This document shows, one piece after another, positions 37,058 through 52,358 of a stretch of 64,000 nucleotides of DNA. Under the pieces are notes generated by a model that worked only from the letters and a program-made list of their open reading frames with translations, was not told where the DNA came from and did no database searches. The translations under genes were made by a program, and so were the position numbers. Positions within the stretch are counted from its first letter, which is position 1. Each line of letters opens with the position of its first letter. Source of the stretch: Octopus vulgaris (Eukaryota); the NCBI GenBank assembly GCA_951406725.2, contig OX597814.1:182218001-182282000 (forward strand). The letters run 5' to 3'.

Positions 37058-37796
37058 TTAAGGTATTGTGCAGGTGAGACAGTTTCCAGCTGTGGTTATA
37101 ACATTTGTGTCTCAATCACAAGTTCTGTTCAAAAAAATTTGGGATCTGTGAGGCTGGTTAAAAAAAGTTCTCATACATTGTATGGCACCCTGAATGCATA
37201 AATCAGTGAGCTGTCCTTGTTTATGGTGTATATTTACAACCAAGTGAAATGGACCATCGAGAACTCAGTGTATTTTGATATGGACACAAAAACAGCATTG
37301 GGGACAGGATGTATGTTATTTACACTTAAGATGGTGAAAAGATTAATTGGACGAGTAAATGCATGTATTGCATTCATTTTTTTTAAATAACTGAATGCTT
37401 TTATGAGTGTGGTGTATATTTTTTCAAGTTAGATAGATTGAGGTTTAAAGAATGACATATCTGTATCTATTGTGCTTGTGTCTTGTAAAAAGAACACACC
37501 TTTATTTATTTATAGATAACGCTGTTGATGCACATATATTTAAAATCTTTAAAGACCATTTGTACATTAATGGCCTACTTGCTATTATTTCTTACAGCTT
37601 ACATTCCTATATAGTTCATATCATGCTTTGTGTCTCTGTAACTTTGCACATATAGCATGATACATATGTAACTTAGATACCACATGCCAAACATGCATTG
37701 CATTTATAAGCAAAACATGTCTGAAAACGTATTTTAATTAAAACATGACAATGAAATCTTATTCAACAATACTAAGGCAAAATCAATTCACATATA

Positions 37797-37958
37797 GGCG
37801 CAGGTATGGATGTGTGGTAAGTAGCTTGCTTACCAACCGCACGGTTTCGGGTTTATTCCCACTGCGTGGCACCTTGGACAAGTGTTTTCTACTATAGCCT
37901 CGGGCCGACTAAAGCCTTGTGAGTGGATTTGGTTGACGGAAACTGAAAGAAGCCCGTC

Positions 37959-37996
<38 letters not shown>

Positions 37997-38221
37997 TCAT
38001 CATCATCATCATCATCGTTTAACGTCCGTTCTCCATGCTAGCATGGGTTGGACGGTTCGACCGGGGATCTGGAAAGCCAGAAGGCTGCACCAGGCTCCAG
38101 TCTTATCTGGCAGTGTTTCTACAGCTGGATGCCCTTCCTAACGCCAACCACTCCGTGAGTGTAGTGGGTGCTTTTTACGTGCCGCCTGCACAAAAAATAT
38201 ATATATATATATATACATATG

Positions 38222-38254
<33 letters not shown>

Positions 38255-38323
38255 TTGAGTGTGTGTGTGTGTGTACCTCAATCAAATCATCCAACCCATG
38301 CTAGCATGGAAAGCGGACGTTAA

Positions 38324-38362
<39 letters not shown>

Positions 38363-38566
38363 TCTGTGTTTGTCCTGTAACATCGCTTGACAACCGATGC
38401 TGGTGTGTTTATGTTACCCCTAACTTAGCGGTTCAACAAAAGAGACCGATAGAATAAGTACTAGGCTTCCAAAGAATAAGTCCTGGGGTCGATGTACTCA
38501 ACTAAAGGCGGTGCTCCAGCATGGCCGCAGTCAAATGACTGAAACAAGTAAAAAGAGAAAAAGAGA
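37797..38566 (+). mobile_element. SINE family A copy with nested family C insertions
   Basis: Head 37797-37960 and tail 38362-38566, with family C pieces in the internal microsatellite. Confidence 0.85.
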
Positions 38567-39285
38567 ATATCAAGAAGATATTCTTTGCATATGAACAGAA
38601 ATATAATTAAAGCCCTCACAGTCATTACAAATATCAAATTTTATATTCTCTGATTATTTCTTATGATGGCCTTACATACATGATATTGTTACAATTGCAT
38701 CTGAGGGTCAGCTTTAATAAATTGCTGACACTTTACAAAGCTCAGATGCAACCCAATTTTGAGAAACATTGATATCTTAGAGACAGCCTACACAAAAACT
38801 TTTGAGACAGCATTCAAAATAAGGTCACCCAGAAAAATACTACTACTAGGACTGCTTCTTCAGGAAACCTTTGAAGAAAAGGTGTTGTTACCTAATGAAA
38901 CATCAACCTGTGTTGCATATCTAGACATGCTCTTATATACTTAAATAATAAACTTCTGGAAAGTTTTACAGATTTTTACAGTTCATGTGATGGCTTGGAT
39001 CTGTAATCTTCGAATCAACTTTCTCCTTTCTGGTTTTGAGAAGCCTAATTTCTCAAGATTGTTATAGCCTAGTCGTGTTTATCTGCAACAGAGTTTCCAT
39101 ATCAGCTCACCAGGATTTCTCTAATAGCCACACTTTACCTCGTGGACCTAGTCCTTGATAAAGACTTCAGAATTTAAGTTTGAATTTGTGAGCACTACTA
39201 TGTTTTCTATACTGAGCCACTCACTAGATCTCATGGACATATAGACACACACTCACATATATGTACATACATATATACATATAGT

Positions 39286-39620
39286 GAAGGCGCATGGCTC
39301 AGTGGTTAGAGCGCCAAGCTTACAATCGTGAAGTTGTGAGTTCGAATCCCAGACCGGCTGCGTGTTGTGTTCTTGAGCAAGACACTTTATTTCACGTTGC
39401 TCCAGTTCACTCAGCTGTAGAAATGAGTTGCAACGTCAAAGGTGCCAAGCTGTATCGGTCTTTGCTTTTCCCTTGGATGACACTGGTGGGGTGGAGAGGG
39501 GAGGCTGGTATGCATGGGCGACTGCTGGTCTTCCATAAACAACCTTGCCCGGACTTGTGCCTGGGATGATAACTTTCTAGGTGCAATCCCATGGTCATTC
39601 ATGAACGATGGGGGTCCCAA
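39286..39620 (+). mobile_element. tRNA-derived SINE family D (reverse copy at ~10930-11256)
   Basis: A box TGGCTCAGTGG, B box GTTCGAATCC, then tgtgttcttgagcaagacacttt. Confidence 0.85.
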
Positions 39621-39861
39621 TAGTACATATACATAAACATATCCATTTCTGTTATATATATGTGATGAATAAAGTGGCTAAGAAAATTGACTAATAAATT
39701 TGTAAGAAAAATGAAGATAAATGGAAAAATAACACAAGTGAACATGAACATGCTTCACCCTCATCAATAGTCAACCAAATATCATAGCAAATTCAACACC
39801 TTTAAACAATGTCCAATTTGGTGGGGTTAGTAATATGAAAACAACTGTGACACGCATGCAC

Positions 39862-39925
<64 letters not shown>

Positions 39926-40929
39926 TTAAAAAATTAATCAAAGACAGGGAAAAAAGGCAAAGAATAAATTGTTATGGAAAAAATAGTTTCCTGATCAAAC
40001 CATAAATTAAGACAAGGGGAGAAAAATAGGAAAAAAAATAGATGAAACAAATGTATATACATATACATAAAATTACTTGCAACAAAAGGACATATACACG
40101 TGTGTGTGTGTGTGCATGTGTGTGTATGTCATTATAACAAAACGTACCCAACTTTTCTCATCAGCAAGATTTTGAGATTAAATCAAGGTACTTACAGAAA
40201 TCTTGAGATTTTTTACGAAATGATTTTGTTCTTTTATTCTTCCTACTCAGCTCCTTCTTACAATCAATCTTTTGTTGTGGGATATCTGCAGCATTGATAC
40301 AAGCAATAGCATGCTGATCTTCAGCTTTCTTATTCTCACCGGTTCCCACATCAGCCAGTCATGAAAAGACAAACTGAGATTCTAATGCTCATTTGTTCTT
40401 CAATGAAAGAAAAAGATTCAGTTTTTTTTTCTACATTCATGGCTGCTACACTGTGTTTGTTGTAGTTTTGGAGCTAACACTGACCCCAACTAAGTATAAT
40501 AAAAGAGAGAGAGAGGGGAAAAAAACAACTCCTCCAAGAAAAACCAATGTCTTAACTCTTTCAAAGTCAAGAAATAAAATGGCCTAGAAATATACTTGGT
40601 TTTCTTCGTCTCATAAACGAAAATATAAACGTATCCAATTACATATTAACATTCTATTTTCGTATCCATTTGTGAACTACGATAAATAAATGAATATCTA
40701 CAACAGTTAGATGACTGCTTTGTATTTTGACAATGATCAGCTGTTGTTTATGAACTTTCTAACAGCTGGCATTATATGAAATATTTATTGAAAAAAAAAA
40801 CAAAAGCAAAAAAAGCATTAAAAATGTAATAAATAAAGACAAAAAAGCAATAATATGTATTAGTCTGTTTGTGTTTGTGTATGCATGTGTGTGGACATGT
40901 GTAATTTTTGTGTTCATTTCTCCATGTTT

Positions 40930-42040
40930 TTATGAGGTAGGCATATCTTCTGCCACACGACCTCCCACTATTTGTCATGGGCAGACAACCTCTCCTTCAG
41001 GTTTAGTGTCCTGAGTTGAGTCTTTGCCATTTCTATCCATGTCTTCCTTGCCTCCTACTTTTTTTTCTTTTCATAGCTGACATCATCCATGTACATCACA
41101 GATTTATACCAGTGCAGTTACTTGCACACTATATACAATGTCTTTTATACTGTTTTATTCCCATCTCATTCCAGCATTCATACACACTAATACTACACAT
41201 CCAACAGAGCATGCTCACCTCATCTTTTTTTTAGCCTACAAAGATCTTCTACATTAATTATCCATGTTTTGATTCTATGCAACATTTTCCATCTGATTCT
41301 TACATTGGCTGCTATGCTTTCAAAGTACCTATCTATTTCTTTACTACCCACAAGGGGCTAAACACAGAGAGGACAAACAAGAACAGACAAACAGATTAAG
41401 TCGATTATATCGACCCCAGTGCATAACTGGTACTTATTTAATCGACCCCAAAAGGATGAAAGGCAAATTTGACCTCGGCAGAATTTGAACTCAGAACATA
41501 AGGGCAGACGAAATACCTATTTCTTTACTACCCACAAGGGGTTAAACACAGAGAGGACAAACAAGGACAGACAAATGGATTAAGTCGATTATATCAACCC
41601 CAGTGCGTAACTGGTACTTATTTAATCGACCCCAAAAGGATGAAAGGCAAAGTCGACTTCGGCGGAATTTGAACTCAGAATGTAACAGCAGACGAAATAC
41701 TGCTAAGCATCTTGCCCGGCATGCTAACGTTCCTGCCAGCTCGCTGCCTTTTAAAGTACCTACCTTCACTGCTACTTAGGTCATCGAGGTAAGAGAAGCT
41801 ATGAACTATTTCTATGGAGCCTTCTGACCAATTGTAAGAATATATTTCCTTGAATGCTTTCACTGTTGACAAGTGTTGTGCATTTACCACACATGAAGTC
41901 TTTCTTTTTTGTGAGCCTGCCTATTATTTCACTTTTCTTCCCGAGTACCCATGAAGCATACCATATGGAATTTGCATTTGCTCCTTTTTTGCATATCGAG
42001 TATGACCATCAACCAGTAGAGTCTTGTTCCCTTTCTTGCT
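40930..42040 (-). mobile_element. Highly decayed RTE-like LINE remnant interrupted by a SINE dimer
   Basis: IEIVHSFSYLDD motif (cf. EVVxxFxYLG) near 41770-41820 and RTE-like 3' sequence at 40930-41290. Confidence 0.5.
41332..41750 (-). mobile_element. Tandem dimer of SINE family B (a second dimer lies at ~52950-53325)
   Basis: Two ~185-bp units joined at gacgaaatacctatttctttac; TSD-like tt(c/t)aaagtaccta. Confidence 0.82.
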
Positions 42041-42514
42041 AAATCTTTTTTTTGTTGTTTTATTTTGCCTAAGTACATTTTGAGGCCTAGCACTTTAGCA
42101 TTCAGATTATTCTGTCAAATATATGCTTATTTAATCAGATTGTTTTGAATTAATCATGCATTATCTCATAGCTTTGAGATTTTGATGATGTGGCTTTGTT
42201 TTTAGGATGACATTGTAGGATAATTGTAAAAGGTTTGACCAATTCAGTTTGAATGATAAAACAGGTAGAATATTTTGGCCAAATATGACCAGTTTAAATG
42301 CTAAAGGATTAAGCTTAATATGAACATACTACACTGGTATGGAGATTTTAGGCATTACACACACACACACATGGGCAAAGTTTTCTATGGTCAAATGCCC
42401 TATTTGACAGCAGCAATCCATTTCTGCTTCCAGACAAGATAATAATCTCTCAGTTTATTGAACAAAATGCCCAGACACAGTTATACAGGAAACTACACAC
42501 ACACACACACACAT

Positions 42515-42546
<32 letters not shown>

Positions 42547-45179
42547 TTCTATTTATATTATCATCACCATTATTTAATGCCCCCTTTCCCTGCTTGCATG
42601 GGTCAGACAAAATTTGTTGAGCAGATTTTCTACAGCCAGATGTCCTTCCTGTTGTCAATCTTCACCTGTTTCCAAGTAAGGTGGTATTCCCCATGACCAG
42701 GCATGTTTTCATGGAATATTGGAAATGACGGGCACTGCTTTTGTGTGTGTGTGCACATGCATGCATGTGCATGTGTGACTGTGAAAGAGAGAGGGAGATT
42801 GTATATTCCCTCTCTTGATATATGCAAGCTGACTTTAAACAGAGTCATTCTTCATACAGTCTTGCTATTTTATAATACTCTGTGAAAGCATGTTCAGACT
42901 AGGAGAAATATTACTTTGCTTGGGAACATGTGAAAGCTGGGAATATGAAGAGCATCTGGCCATAGAAAAGTCTACCTCAAGGAAGTCTCTCATCTGACCT
43001 ATGCAAGCATGGAAAAGTGGTTGTTAAAATGAGGATGATATTTAGCTCAGCACTCTCTATCACTGTTTCGGTTTTCCTGGCATTATAGATTGAAAGATCA
43101 CAATTCATTATAATAATAATAGTACTATTGTTTTGCCTCATGTTAGCCTTGACTAACAAGTCCGTTGTCATCATCATCATTCATCATCACCATCATCATC
43201 ATCGTTTAACATCCGCTTTGCATGCTAGCATGGGTTGGACGATTTGACTGAGGTCTGCCAAACCACATGGCTGCACCAGACTCCAATCTGATCTGGCAGA
43301 GTTTCTACAGCTGGATGCTCTTCCTAATGCCAACCACTCTGAGAGTGTAGTGGGTGCTTTTACGTGCCACCAGCATGAGGGCTAGTCAGGCGGTACTTGC
43401 AATGGCCATGCTCAAATGGCGCTTTTTATGTGCCACCTGCACAGGAGCCAGTCCAGCGGTACTGGCAATGACCTCGCTCGAATGTTTTTTCACATGCCAC
43501 CAGCACAAGTGCTAATAAGGTGACGCAGGTAACAATCACGCTCGAATGGTGTTTTTGATGTACCATCGGCATGGAGGCTAGCCTGTTGCTCTGGAAATGA
43601 TCTCACTCGTATGGTACTCTTAGTGCTCTACTAGCACGGATGCCAGTCATCGAATTTGATTTCGATTTCAGTTAACAACATTTAATGTCTGTTTTCCATG
43701 CTGGCATGGGTTGGATGGCTTGACAAGAACTGGCAAGGTCAAGGTTCACACCATGCTCCATAGTCTGTTTTGGCTTGGTTTCTACAGCTGGATGTCCTTC
43801 TTAATACTAACCACTCTACAGTGTACTAGGTACTTTTTACAAGGCACCATCACTATCACCAGTGCTTTTTACATGGCACCAGCACCAGTCTATGATCAAA
43901 GATATTTCAGTTGTAACTATCCTGTCATTTTTTTTTTTTATTTTCCAGGTATATATTTTAAACAACACTGTCTGATATGACTTTGTATTTTTAAGATAGG
44001 TGTATGTGATTTGAGGGAGATTTGGCTATTGTTTCTAGTAGATTAGGTGACTGTCAAAAGGTTTTTATTGGCTCGATAATAAGAGAGTTATGTCATATTT
44101 CTATAGGTCTGACTGATAGCGAATTCTGCTCCTTACAGCTCAGCAATTAATAGTAGAATAGGTTATTTCAATTATATAAATATTTAATTTTGTAAAATAC
44201 TATGCAGCTGGGAGAAATCATAATATGTTTAGCCTTCATGATCGACTTTTCACTAAATATGTAAAATAACATTAAAAACAAAACTAAAACAAACTAAACA
44301 TTCCAAAACATGTCTTCTAACTGTTTTGCTAATTCATATAACCAAATGTTATATTCCATCCTTTTAATTCTATCTTTATTGTCATTTTTTATTCTATTTA
44401 AATCATCATCATCATCATCGTTTAACGTCTGTTTACTGTGCTAGCATGGGTTGGACGGTTCGACCGGGGTCTGGGAAGCCAGGAGGCTGCACCAGGCTCC
44501 AGTCTGATCTGGCAGTGTTTCTACAGCTGGATGCCCTTCCTAACGCCAACCACTCCATGAGTGTAGTGGGTGCTTTTTACATGCCAATGGCACAAGTGCC
44601 AGGGGAGGCTGGCAGTGGCCACGAACGGTTGGTACATTTTACGTGCCACCGGCATGGAAGACAGTCAAGGCGGCGCTGGCATTGGCCACGTTCAGATGGT
44701 ACTTTTTACGTTCCACCAGCACATGTATCACAACTACAATTTCCATTTGATATTTATTTTGATGTTGATGTACTTGACTCAGTAGGTCTCCTCAAGCACT
44801 CCCACATGCTCCACTCACACTACATCCATCATAAACTATCTCCCTAAAATAACTCCCTAACATCTTACAAAAATAGATGTATACATTGGATAATGTATAC
44901 AGAGATGGCCAAGTCTGGACTGTCTTTGATCATAAGTGTGCTTAATCAGGGTTGATCTTGGGCTGAATAACAACAATGACAACAACTTATACATACTGTG
45001 GTACACAGAGTAACAAAAACAATTAAAATCATATCCGCAAGACAACATAAATATAATACAATCCCAATTGTGCATCAGAAACCTGAAGAAAACCAAGGGC
45101 AACCTCAAACACAACATGTTAAGACATATAACACAAATATAACATAGTATCAAATAATTAAACCAAGACAATAACCCAT

Positions 45180-45945
45180 AGAAGAAAATCTATCCAACAT
45201 AAACCTTAAAACAAACACTAAAACACTGTGTAATAACCAGCAACATCAACAACAACACCTTACTTCATTATTTGTCACAATAACAACCAAAAAATGTATA
45301 TACACTTTAATATGTAGCAAACATCTTAAATGACATTTCTGGAAAAATCTAGTCACAAAAATCTACGCAAAGAAGATAGGAACCTAAAACAAAAAAATGC
45401 ACTCCTACCTAGGCCATGATTTGACCACTTTCTTCCTCCTAAGCATTTGGAATGCAATTGGGAAATTTAAAAACTCAAAAGCCCCAGGGTCATGCCAAAT
45501 CACAAACTACATATAAAATATCTAACATCTAAAGGAATCATTGTACTCACCAACATTTATGACTACTTGTATCAACAGTCAAAATTCCAAGAATATGGAA
45601 ACTGGGTAAAATAATCATAGCAATTAACATAAGTAAAGTAATAAAAGAAATACCTCAAAAATTTTAGGTCATATTCCTTGTCAAATCATAACAGTGAACT
45701 ACTATGACTTATGAACAGAAAATATATGATGGCTCCAACAACAGAAAAAAACTACTTTCCACATGCACCATTCTAACTACCATTGACATCAGCAATGCTT
45801 TTGCTTCCGTTCCCTGCTACTTATTCACTTATACACAAAATATTCAAAACCTTCCAGCAAACTACCTGTCAGGGTGCCAAGCCGATGTAGTGTACAATAA
45901 CAATACTTCCATAACTTGCAGTTTTCTGAACAGAGTAGCAGTTCC
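45180..45945 (+). mobile_element. Very decayed non-LTR RT remnant
   Basis: Scattered motifs KAPG, IPRIWKLGKII, TIDISNAFASVP. Confidence 0.5.
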
Positions 45946-46714
45946 ATTATGTGCAGTCAATTTAATTTTATGAATCTTCAATAGCATGGATTTTTGTCAG
46001 TGAACAGGTGAGCTTAGAGCTAGCTGACAATACACAGTTATTATACCAGGAACATTGTTGTATTCAGATCGGTGCAAAACTTCCTAGCTGAATTACTAGT
46101 TCCATTATGTGCAGTCAAATCACTTGCTATGCAAGTACATCTCCGCAATCTGGTCCTTTCCTAAGTATTTACTCTTCAGTTAATGCAGACTAATAGACTC
46201 TAATTTCATTTGATATATGTTTAGTTATTTCTAATTTTGTTATATCACTCCCAAGAAATATCTTTTTCATATTTCTCAAGCCTGATTTCTCATTTTCATT
46301 ATCAACCAGAATTACTTTGGAGATTATGCAGTTTTAAGTAGCCAATGCTGTGAGAAACTTTCCATTCAGAGAGGCATGCAGTGTTGATTTTTCTCAAGAT
46401 AATAATAATATTTGAATGTGAAAGAAAAATGATATAGTATTTCAGATTGTGAAATGGAAAGTGGACGTTAAACGATGATGCTGATGATGATGATGATGAT
46501 GATATGTATACTCTTTTATTCTTTTACTTGTTTCAGTCATTTGACTGTGGCCATGCTGAAGCGCCGTCTTTAGTCGAACAAATCAACCCCAGGACTTATT
46601 CTTTGTAAGCCTAGTACTTATTCTATTGGTCCCTTTTGCCAAACTGCTAAGTTATGGAGATAACACCAACATCAGTTGTCAAGTTATGGTGGGGGAACAA
46701 ACACAGACACACAA

Positions 46715-46745
<31 letters not shown>

Positions 46746-47991
46746 TATATGATGGGCTTCTTTCAGTTTCCATCATAAAGCTTTGGTTGGCCTGAGGCTA
46801 TAGTAGAAGACACTTACCGAAGGTGCCACGCAGTGGGACTGAACCCGGAACCGTGTATATATGTATATATCTATGTGTGTGTGTGTGTCTGTGTTTGTAC
46901 CCCATCACCACTTGATGACTGGTGTTAGTGTGTTTACATCCCTGTAACTTAGTGGTTTGGCAAAAGAGATCGATAGAATAAGTACTAGGCTTTAAAAAAA
47001 AAGTCCTGGGGTCTATTTGTTCAACTAAAATTCTTCATGACAGTGCTCCAGCATGACCACAGTGAAATGACTGAAACAAGTAAGAGAAAAATAACACATG
47101 TTTCAATAAATTGTTTGTACAAGATGGTGAGCTAGTAGAAAAGTTAGCACACTGGGTGAAATGCTTAGCAGTATTTCATCTGTCTTTATGTTCTGAGTTC
47201 AAATTCCACCGAGGTCGACTTTGCCTTTCATACTTTCAGGGTCGATAAATTAAGTACCAGTTGTGTACTGGGGTCAATCTAATCAACTGGCTCCCTCCCC
47301 CAAAATTTCAGGCCTTGTGCCAAGAGTAGAAAAGAATAAATTGTTTGTACATATTTTCACATGTATTTTATTTGATTTACCATTTCAGTATTGGCTTTAA
47401 TGGGTTTTAAAATTTTCATGCCTTTATATACGTTTGCTGAGAGTGACATAAAGTTGGAAAATCAGCTGAACTTGAGGTTTATTTTCCCCCTTAATTTCTT
47501 TAAAAAATGATGCAAAATTGAAAATGACATCACTGAAAAGGGCATAAATTGAGGTATGCCTATATTTTGTGTATATTTCTATCAGTTGACAATCTAAATC
47601 TGACAAAAATGGGAACAAAAAGGAACTTTTTCAAATTCAGCAATGAATTTTATATAAGCTTTACTTTTCAGGATCTTTTAGCACTTCAAACTGAGAAACC
47701 TATGCTTTTTATCCAACTTTTTGTATTTTCTCCAAAAGATTCGATGACTACAATTAAAAATCAGCAGAACATCTTCCAATAAAATAATTTGCTAGGCAAA
47801 TAGGAAAACTAATACAAACATACTAAAGAAAAATAAACAATGTCTGATCGATACAAAAGGATTGATTGATGTTTTTCTTTGTCAAAAGGGTTAGCTTTCT
47901 GCTTTGCTTCCTTGGAATTGCCAACGTCTTTGTTACTTCTGTGTACTGAACAAAGAACTATTTTTCTGAGAATTAAGAATACTTAGAACAA

Positions 47992-48039
<48 letters not shown>

Positions 48040-48489
48040 ATGTGTGTGTGCATGTGTGTTTGCGTGTGTGTGTGTGTCTGTGTGTGTGTGTGTGTTTGTG
48101 TGTGCACATGTATGTGTATACAGTCAGGTGTGTATAGGCATGTTTATGCTCAGAAGACCAAGATAATGGGAAAGCATTTATTTTACAGCAACTGTAGGTA
48201 ACTATTTATCCGAACAGAAGAATGTCAACCTTCTTTTTCTGAAAAGAAGACTTGAAAACAAGAATACATGTCTTTCAGAGAATTACCTATCATCTCAACC
48301 ATCTAACAAATTAACTGGATAACTATATACAAATATATACATACACACATACATGTATATATAAACATATGTATATGTATGTATAATGCAAAGAAGGGTA
48401 GCATATTGCCCAGCATCTATACCAATTGTGAATTTATTGTATTTATGGTATCGTTATTATTAATATTAATAGCTATATTCATAATGTAT

Positions 48490-48883
48490 CTCTTTTACTT
48501 ATTTCAATCATTTGACTGCGGCCATGCTGGAGCACCGCCTTTAGTCGAGCAAATCGACTCCGGGACTTATTCTTTGTAAGCCTAGTACTTATTCTATTGG
48601 TCTCTTTTGCTGAACCGCTAAGTGACGGTGACATAAACACAGCAGCATCGGTTGTCAAGCAATGCTAGGGGGACAAACACAGACACACAAACATACACAC
48701 ACACATATATATATACATATATACGACGGGCTTCTTTCAGTTTTCATCTACCAAATCCACTCACAAGGCTTTGGTCGGCCTGAGGCTATAGTAGAAGACA
48801 CTTGCCCATGATGCCACGCAGTGGGATTGAACCCGGAACCATGTGGTTTGTAAGCAAGCTACTTACCACACAGCCACTCCTGC
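48490..48883 (-). mobile_element. SINE family A copy (others at ~6365-6530, 25172-25790, 46510-46855, 60870-61258, 62995-63405)
   Basis: Reverse-complement homolog of 1370-1780. Confidence 0.85.
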
Positions 48884-50292
48884 ACTCCTACAGATATTTT
48901 AATTTAAATGAAGCATACACATGTGCAGGTGTGGCTGCGTGGTAAGAAGCTTGCTTCCCAACCACATGGTTCCAGGTTCAGTCCCATTGTGTGGCACCTT
49001 AGGCAAGAGCTTTGTATTTAGTCTCGGGGACAACCAAAGCCTTGTGAGAGGATATGAAACTTGTCATGTATATATATCAAATTCCGCTGAGGTCGACTTT
49101 GTCTTTCATCCTTTTGGGGGTTGATAAATTAAGTACCAGTTGCATACCAGGGTCAACCTAATTGACTGGCCCCCTCCCCTAAAATTTCAGGCCTTGTGGG
49201 TAGAGTACAAAAGAATATTAGCAGCAATTTGCTGCTAATACTGAGAAAGTGTGTCAACTGGTTTGTGTAACAATATGAATCAGCTTGCACAAGAGTGCAA
49301 ATTGGTTTGTGAAACATGTGTATATGACATAAAGCTTAAAAATACCAATGGTGTTTCCTACATTTTTATTACTGTATAACATGTATAACTAGCCTATCCA
49401 GTGATATGATGGCTATTTTCAAACTATGTAAAGTATAGGATTGGAATTTGGAATATGGAACTGCCTACAGAACCCAACCCTTTTAGTAACAAGTCAAGCC
49501 TTCAAGCATGACATATTACTCTAATACACACACATACATTTATAGATATGTACTTGTGTGTGTAAGTATATGTGTGTGAGTATATGTGTGTATGTCTATA
49601 TATATATATATACATACATACATACACACACAAGCAAACAAATATAATTTCTTGACATGTTGTTAATGTGGTTGGTAATATGGTTTCCAAAGAAGAAATT
49701 TTTTTCAATGATATCGCTCCAAAAATCCTATAATCAACTCAATGTATCCTGTATAGGATCAAAATGCTTATTGCAAGAACGTGCTTAGGGTATGGAAGTT
49801 GCACTTCCCTTTAGAGTTTCTGGACACCTGATGGCATGTAATATCAGCTTTCACTGATTGAATGATCAACTAGTCTAATGGGATTAAGATGGGAATCATA
49901 TATGATTGTTAATGTTCTGCAAGCTAGGAGCTGAATGAGAAAGATTCTTTTATATAATTTTTAATACTGAGTATTATGCATTTGCTTTTTTTAAATATTA
50001 GGTGTTTTTGAAACGTTAGGACAATTTTATATTTTGTTTGTAGGAGAAGCAGTGTTCTCCGAATGGTAATGAAGGAAAAGACGGGGAAGATGAGAAAGAA
50101 AACAAGAAGTGAAGAACAGAATTAGAAAAAGAACAGAAAGCATTTGAAGGGAGAAATAGAAATAGAAAGGGATTGATAAATAAATTAATATGATGAATGT
50201 GTGTGTGAGTGTGTGCATGTATGTGTGTACACATACACACATATACACACAAAGATATTTATACATAAGCATATACATTAATACATGCATAC

Positions 50293-50334
<42 letters not shown>

Positions 50335-50915
50335 ACACACACACACACAGAAATATGAAATATACATACACAAATAGCTGCAAACATGGCTTTGTTATAA
50401 AGTCCACTTCAGTACTACATGGTCAAATGTTTGTTCCCAATGTGTGAATGCTGTTGGCCGGTGTCCTCTATTAAAGCTGTAGGCTGACCAATAGCTTATG
50501 AAAGAAAATGACAGACAGAAACTAAAGAAGCCTATTGTTTATATCTACATATAAGTATGTGTGTGCAAGTTTGAGTGAGTGAGTTTGTATTTAGTCCTAT
50601 CTTCAAGACTGTTCACTGATTGTAGACAAAAGGCTCATACAAACATTGTCATTTGTACTCAGCTCTCTACATAACTACTTCTAGATTGTTTGTTGTTCAT
50701 TAGACTGGGAGATTTTTACCTTGCTTGAAAATATATAAGAGTTGACATAAGGAAGGGCATCTGGTTACAGGAAACTTTGCTCCAATGTAGCCTTATCTGA
50801 TCCATACATATGCCCACCCTCTGTGAGTCTCTGCACTGACTTCTATTCAGTTTCTTGTACCTCGAAGCCATGCTTTAATACCTTGTCACTCCGACCCACT
50901 TTTATGCATGCATGC

Positions 50916-51074
50916 ATGTATGTATGTATGTATGTATGTATGTATGTATGTATGTATGTATGTATGTATGTATGTATGTATGTATGTATGTATGTATGTA
51001 TGTATGTATGTATGTATGTATGTATGTATGTATGTATGTATGTATGTATGTATGTATGTATGTATGTATGTATG
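50916..51074. repeat. (TATG)n microsatellite, ~40 units
   Basis: Direct reading. Confidence 0.97.
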
Positions 51075-51899
51075 AACGTAGGTATTTACATACGTACATA
51101 CATCACCCACACAATTTCTTTACACTTTGAGTTCAAATATTCTCTTATCGTTTTGAGCTTGGTAAAATATGTACCAGGGTAGATTTGACTACCTTTACAA
51201 TAAATTTGTGGCCTTGAGTTACTTTTAGAAATCCTCGTGAATATCATTTTATTTCTTTTTCTTCAAAAGTGTGAAAGCAAAACAGGCTGACTTTGCTTTC
51301 AAGTGTCAGTGGATATACTAGATTTATCACAAATATCACAAAACAGGCTGCTTAGGTAATCGTTTTAATTAATTCCTTTGTTATATCAATGCTTATTCTT
51401 TGAAAAGTTTCACCCATAACTTAGCTCTATGACTATTCAGTTTCTTTAGTTTGAATTCATTCTATCTACAATAATGGTTAGTCAGTAGAAATACACACAG
51501 ATTATGAATATCAAGGGGTTTTTTTAATATCAAATTTTCTTACATGGACAGTCAGAAATATAGGTCAATATTTTATGCTTGGCTGAGTACACTGTAAAGG
51601 TGAGTCAATATTCTCAAGCATTAAGTCATACATTCAAATAAAACAGAAAGTAACCTTTCAATGGTGGCATATAAAACTAAACATATGGTTATGTTCTGTT
51701 AAAGACTAGTACCACAACACTAAATAAGATTCCATTTACACTTTTTGATTAAACTAAGTTTATATTACTTTCCTTTTGACAAATGATATTAGATAAATGC
51801 ATTCCCTCATGTCAGATATTAGAAAAGATTTTGATTTCTATATTTTACTGAAGAAAATGTATTACATGAACAGTTTTCCTTTTAAGAATATTGACAAGG

Positions 51900-51953
<54 letters not shown>

Positions 51954-51959
51954 TATGCA

Positions 51960-51995
<36 letters not shown>

Positions 51996-51999
51996 ATGT

Positions 52000-52321
52000 G
52001 AAGGCACATGGCTTAGTGGTTAGGGCATTCGGCTCACGATTGTAAGGTCGTGAGTTTGATTCCTGGTGATGCGTTGTGTCCTTGAGCAAGATAATTTATT
52101 TCATGTTGCTCCAGTCCACTCAGCTGGCAAAAATGAGTAGGACCTGTAATTCAAAGGGGCCAGCCTTGTCACACTCTGTGTAATGCCGAATCTCCCTGAG
52201 AACTACATTAGGAGTACACATGTTTGTGGATTGCTCGGCCACTTGCACAGTAATTTCATGAGCAGGCTGTTCCATTGATCGTATCAGCTGGGACCCTTGT
52301 CGTCGTAACCGATGGAGTGCT

Positions 52322-52358
<37 letters not shown>

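Noticed and set aside
39289-39360. Possible tRNA gene
   Set aside because: A and B boxes are present but the acceptor stem is not closed and the sequence continues into a SINE body.
40330-40400. Possible upstream TBC1D16 exon (minus-strand donor-like CCG|GTGAGA)
   Set aside because: No homology, and the nearby ATG gives phase 0, which does not match the phase-1 open frame of the next exon.
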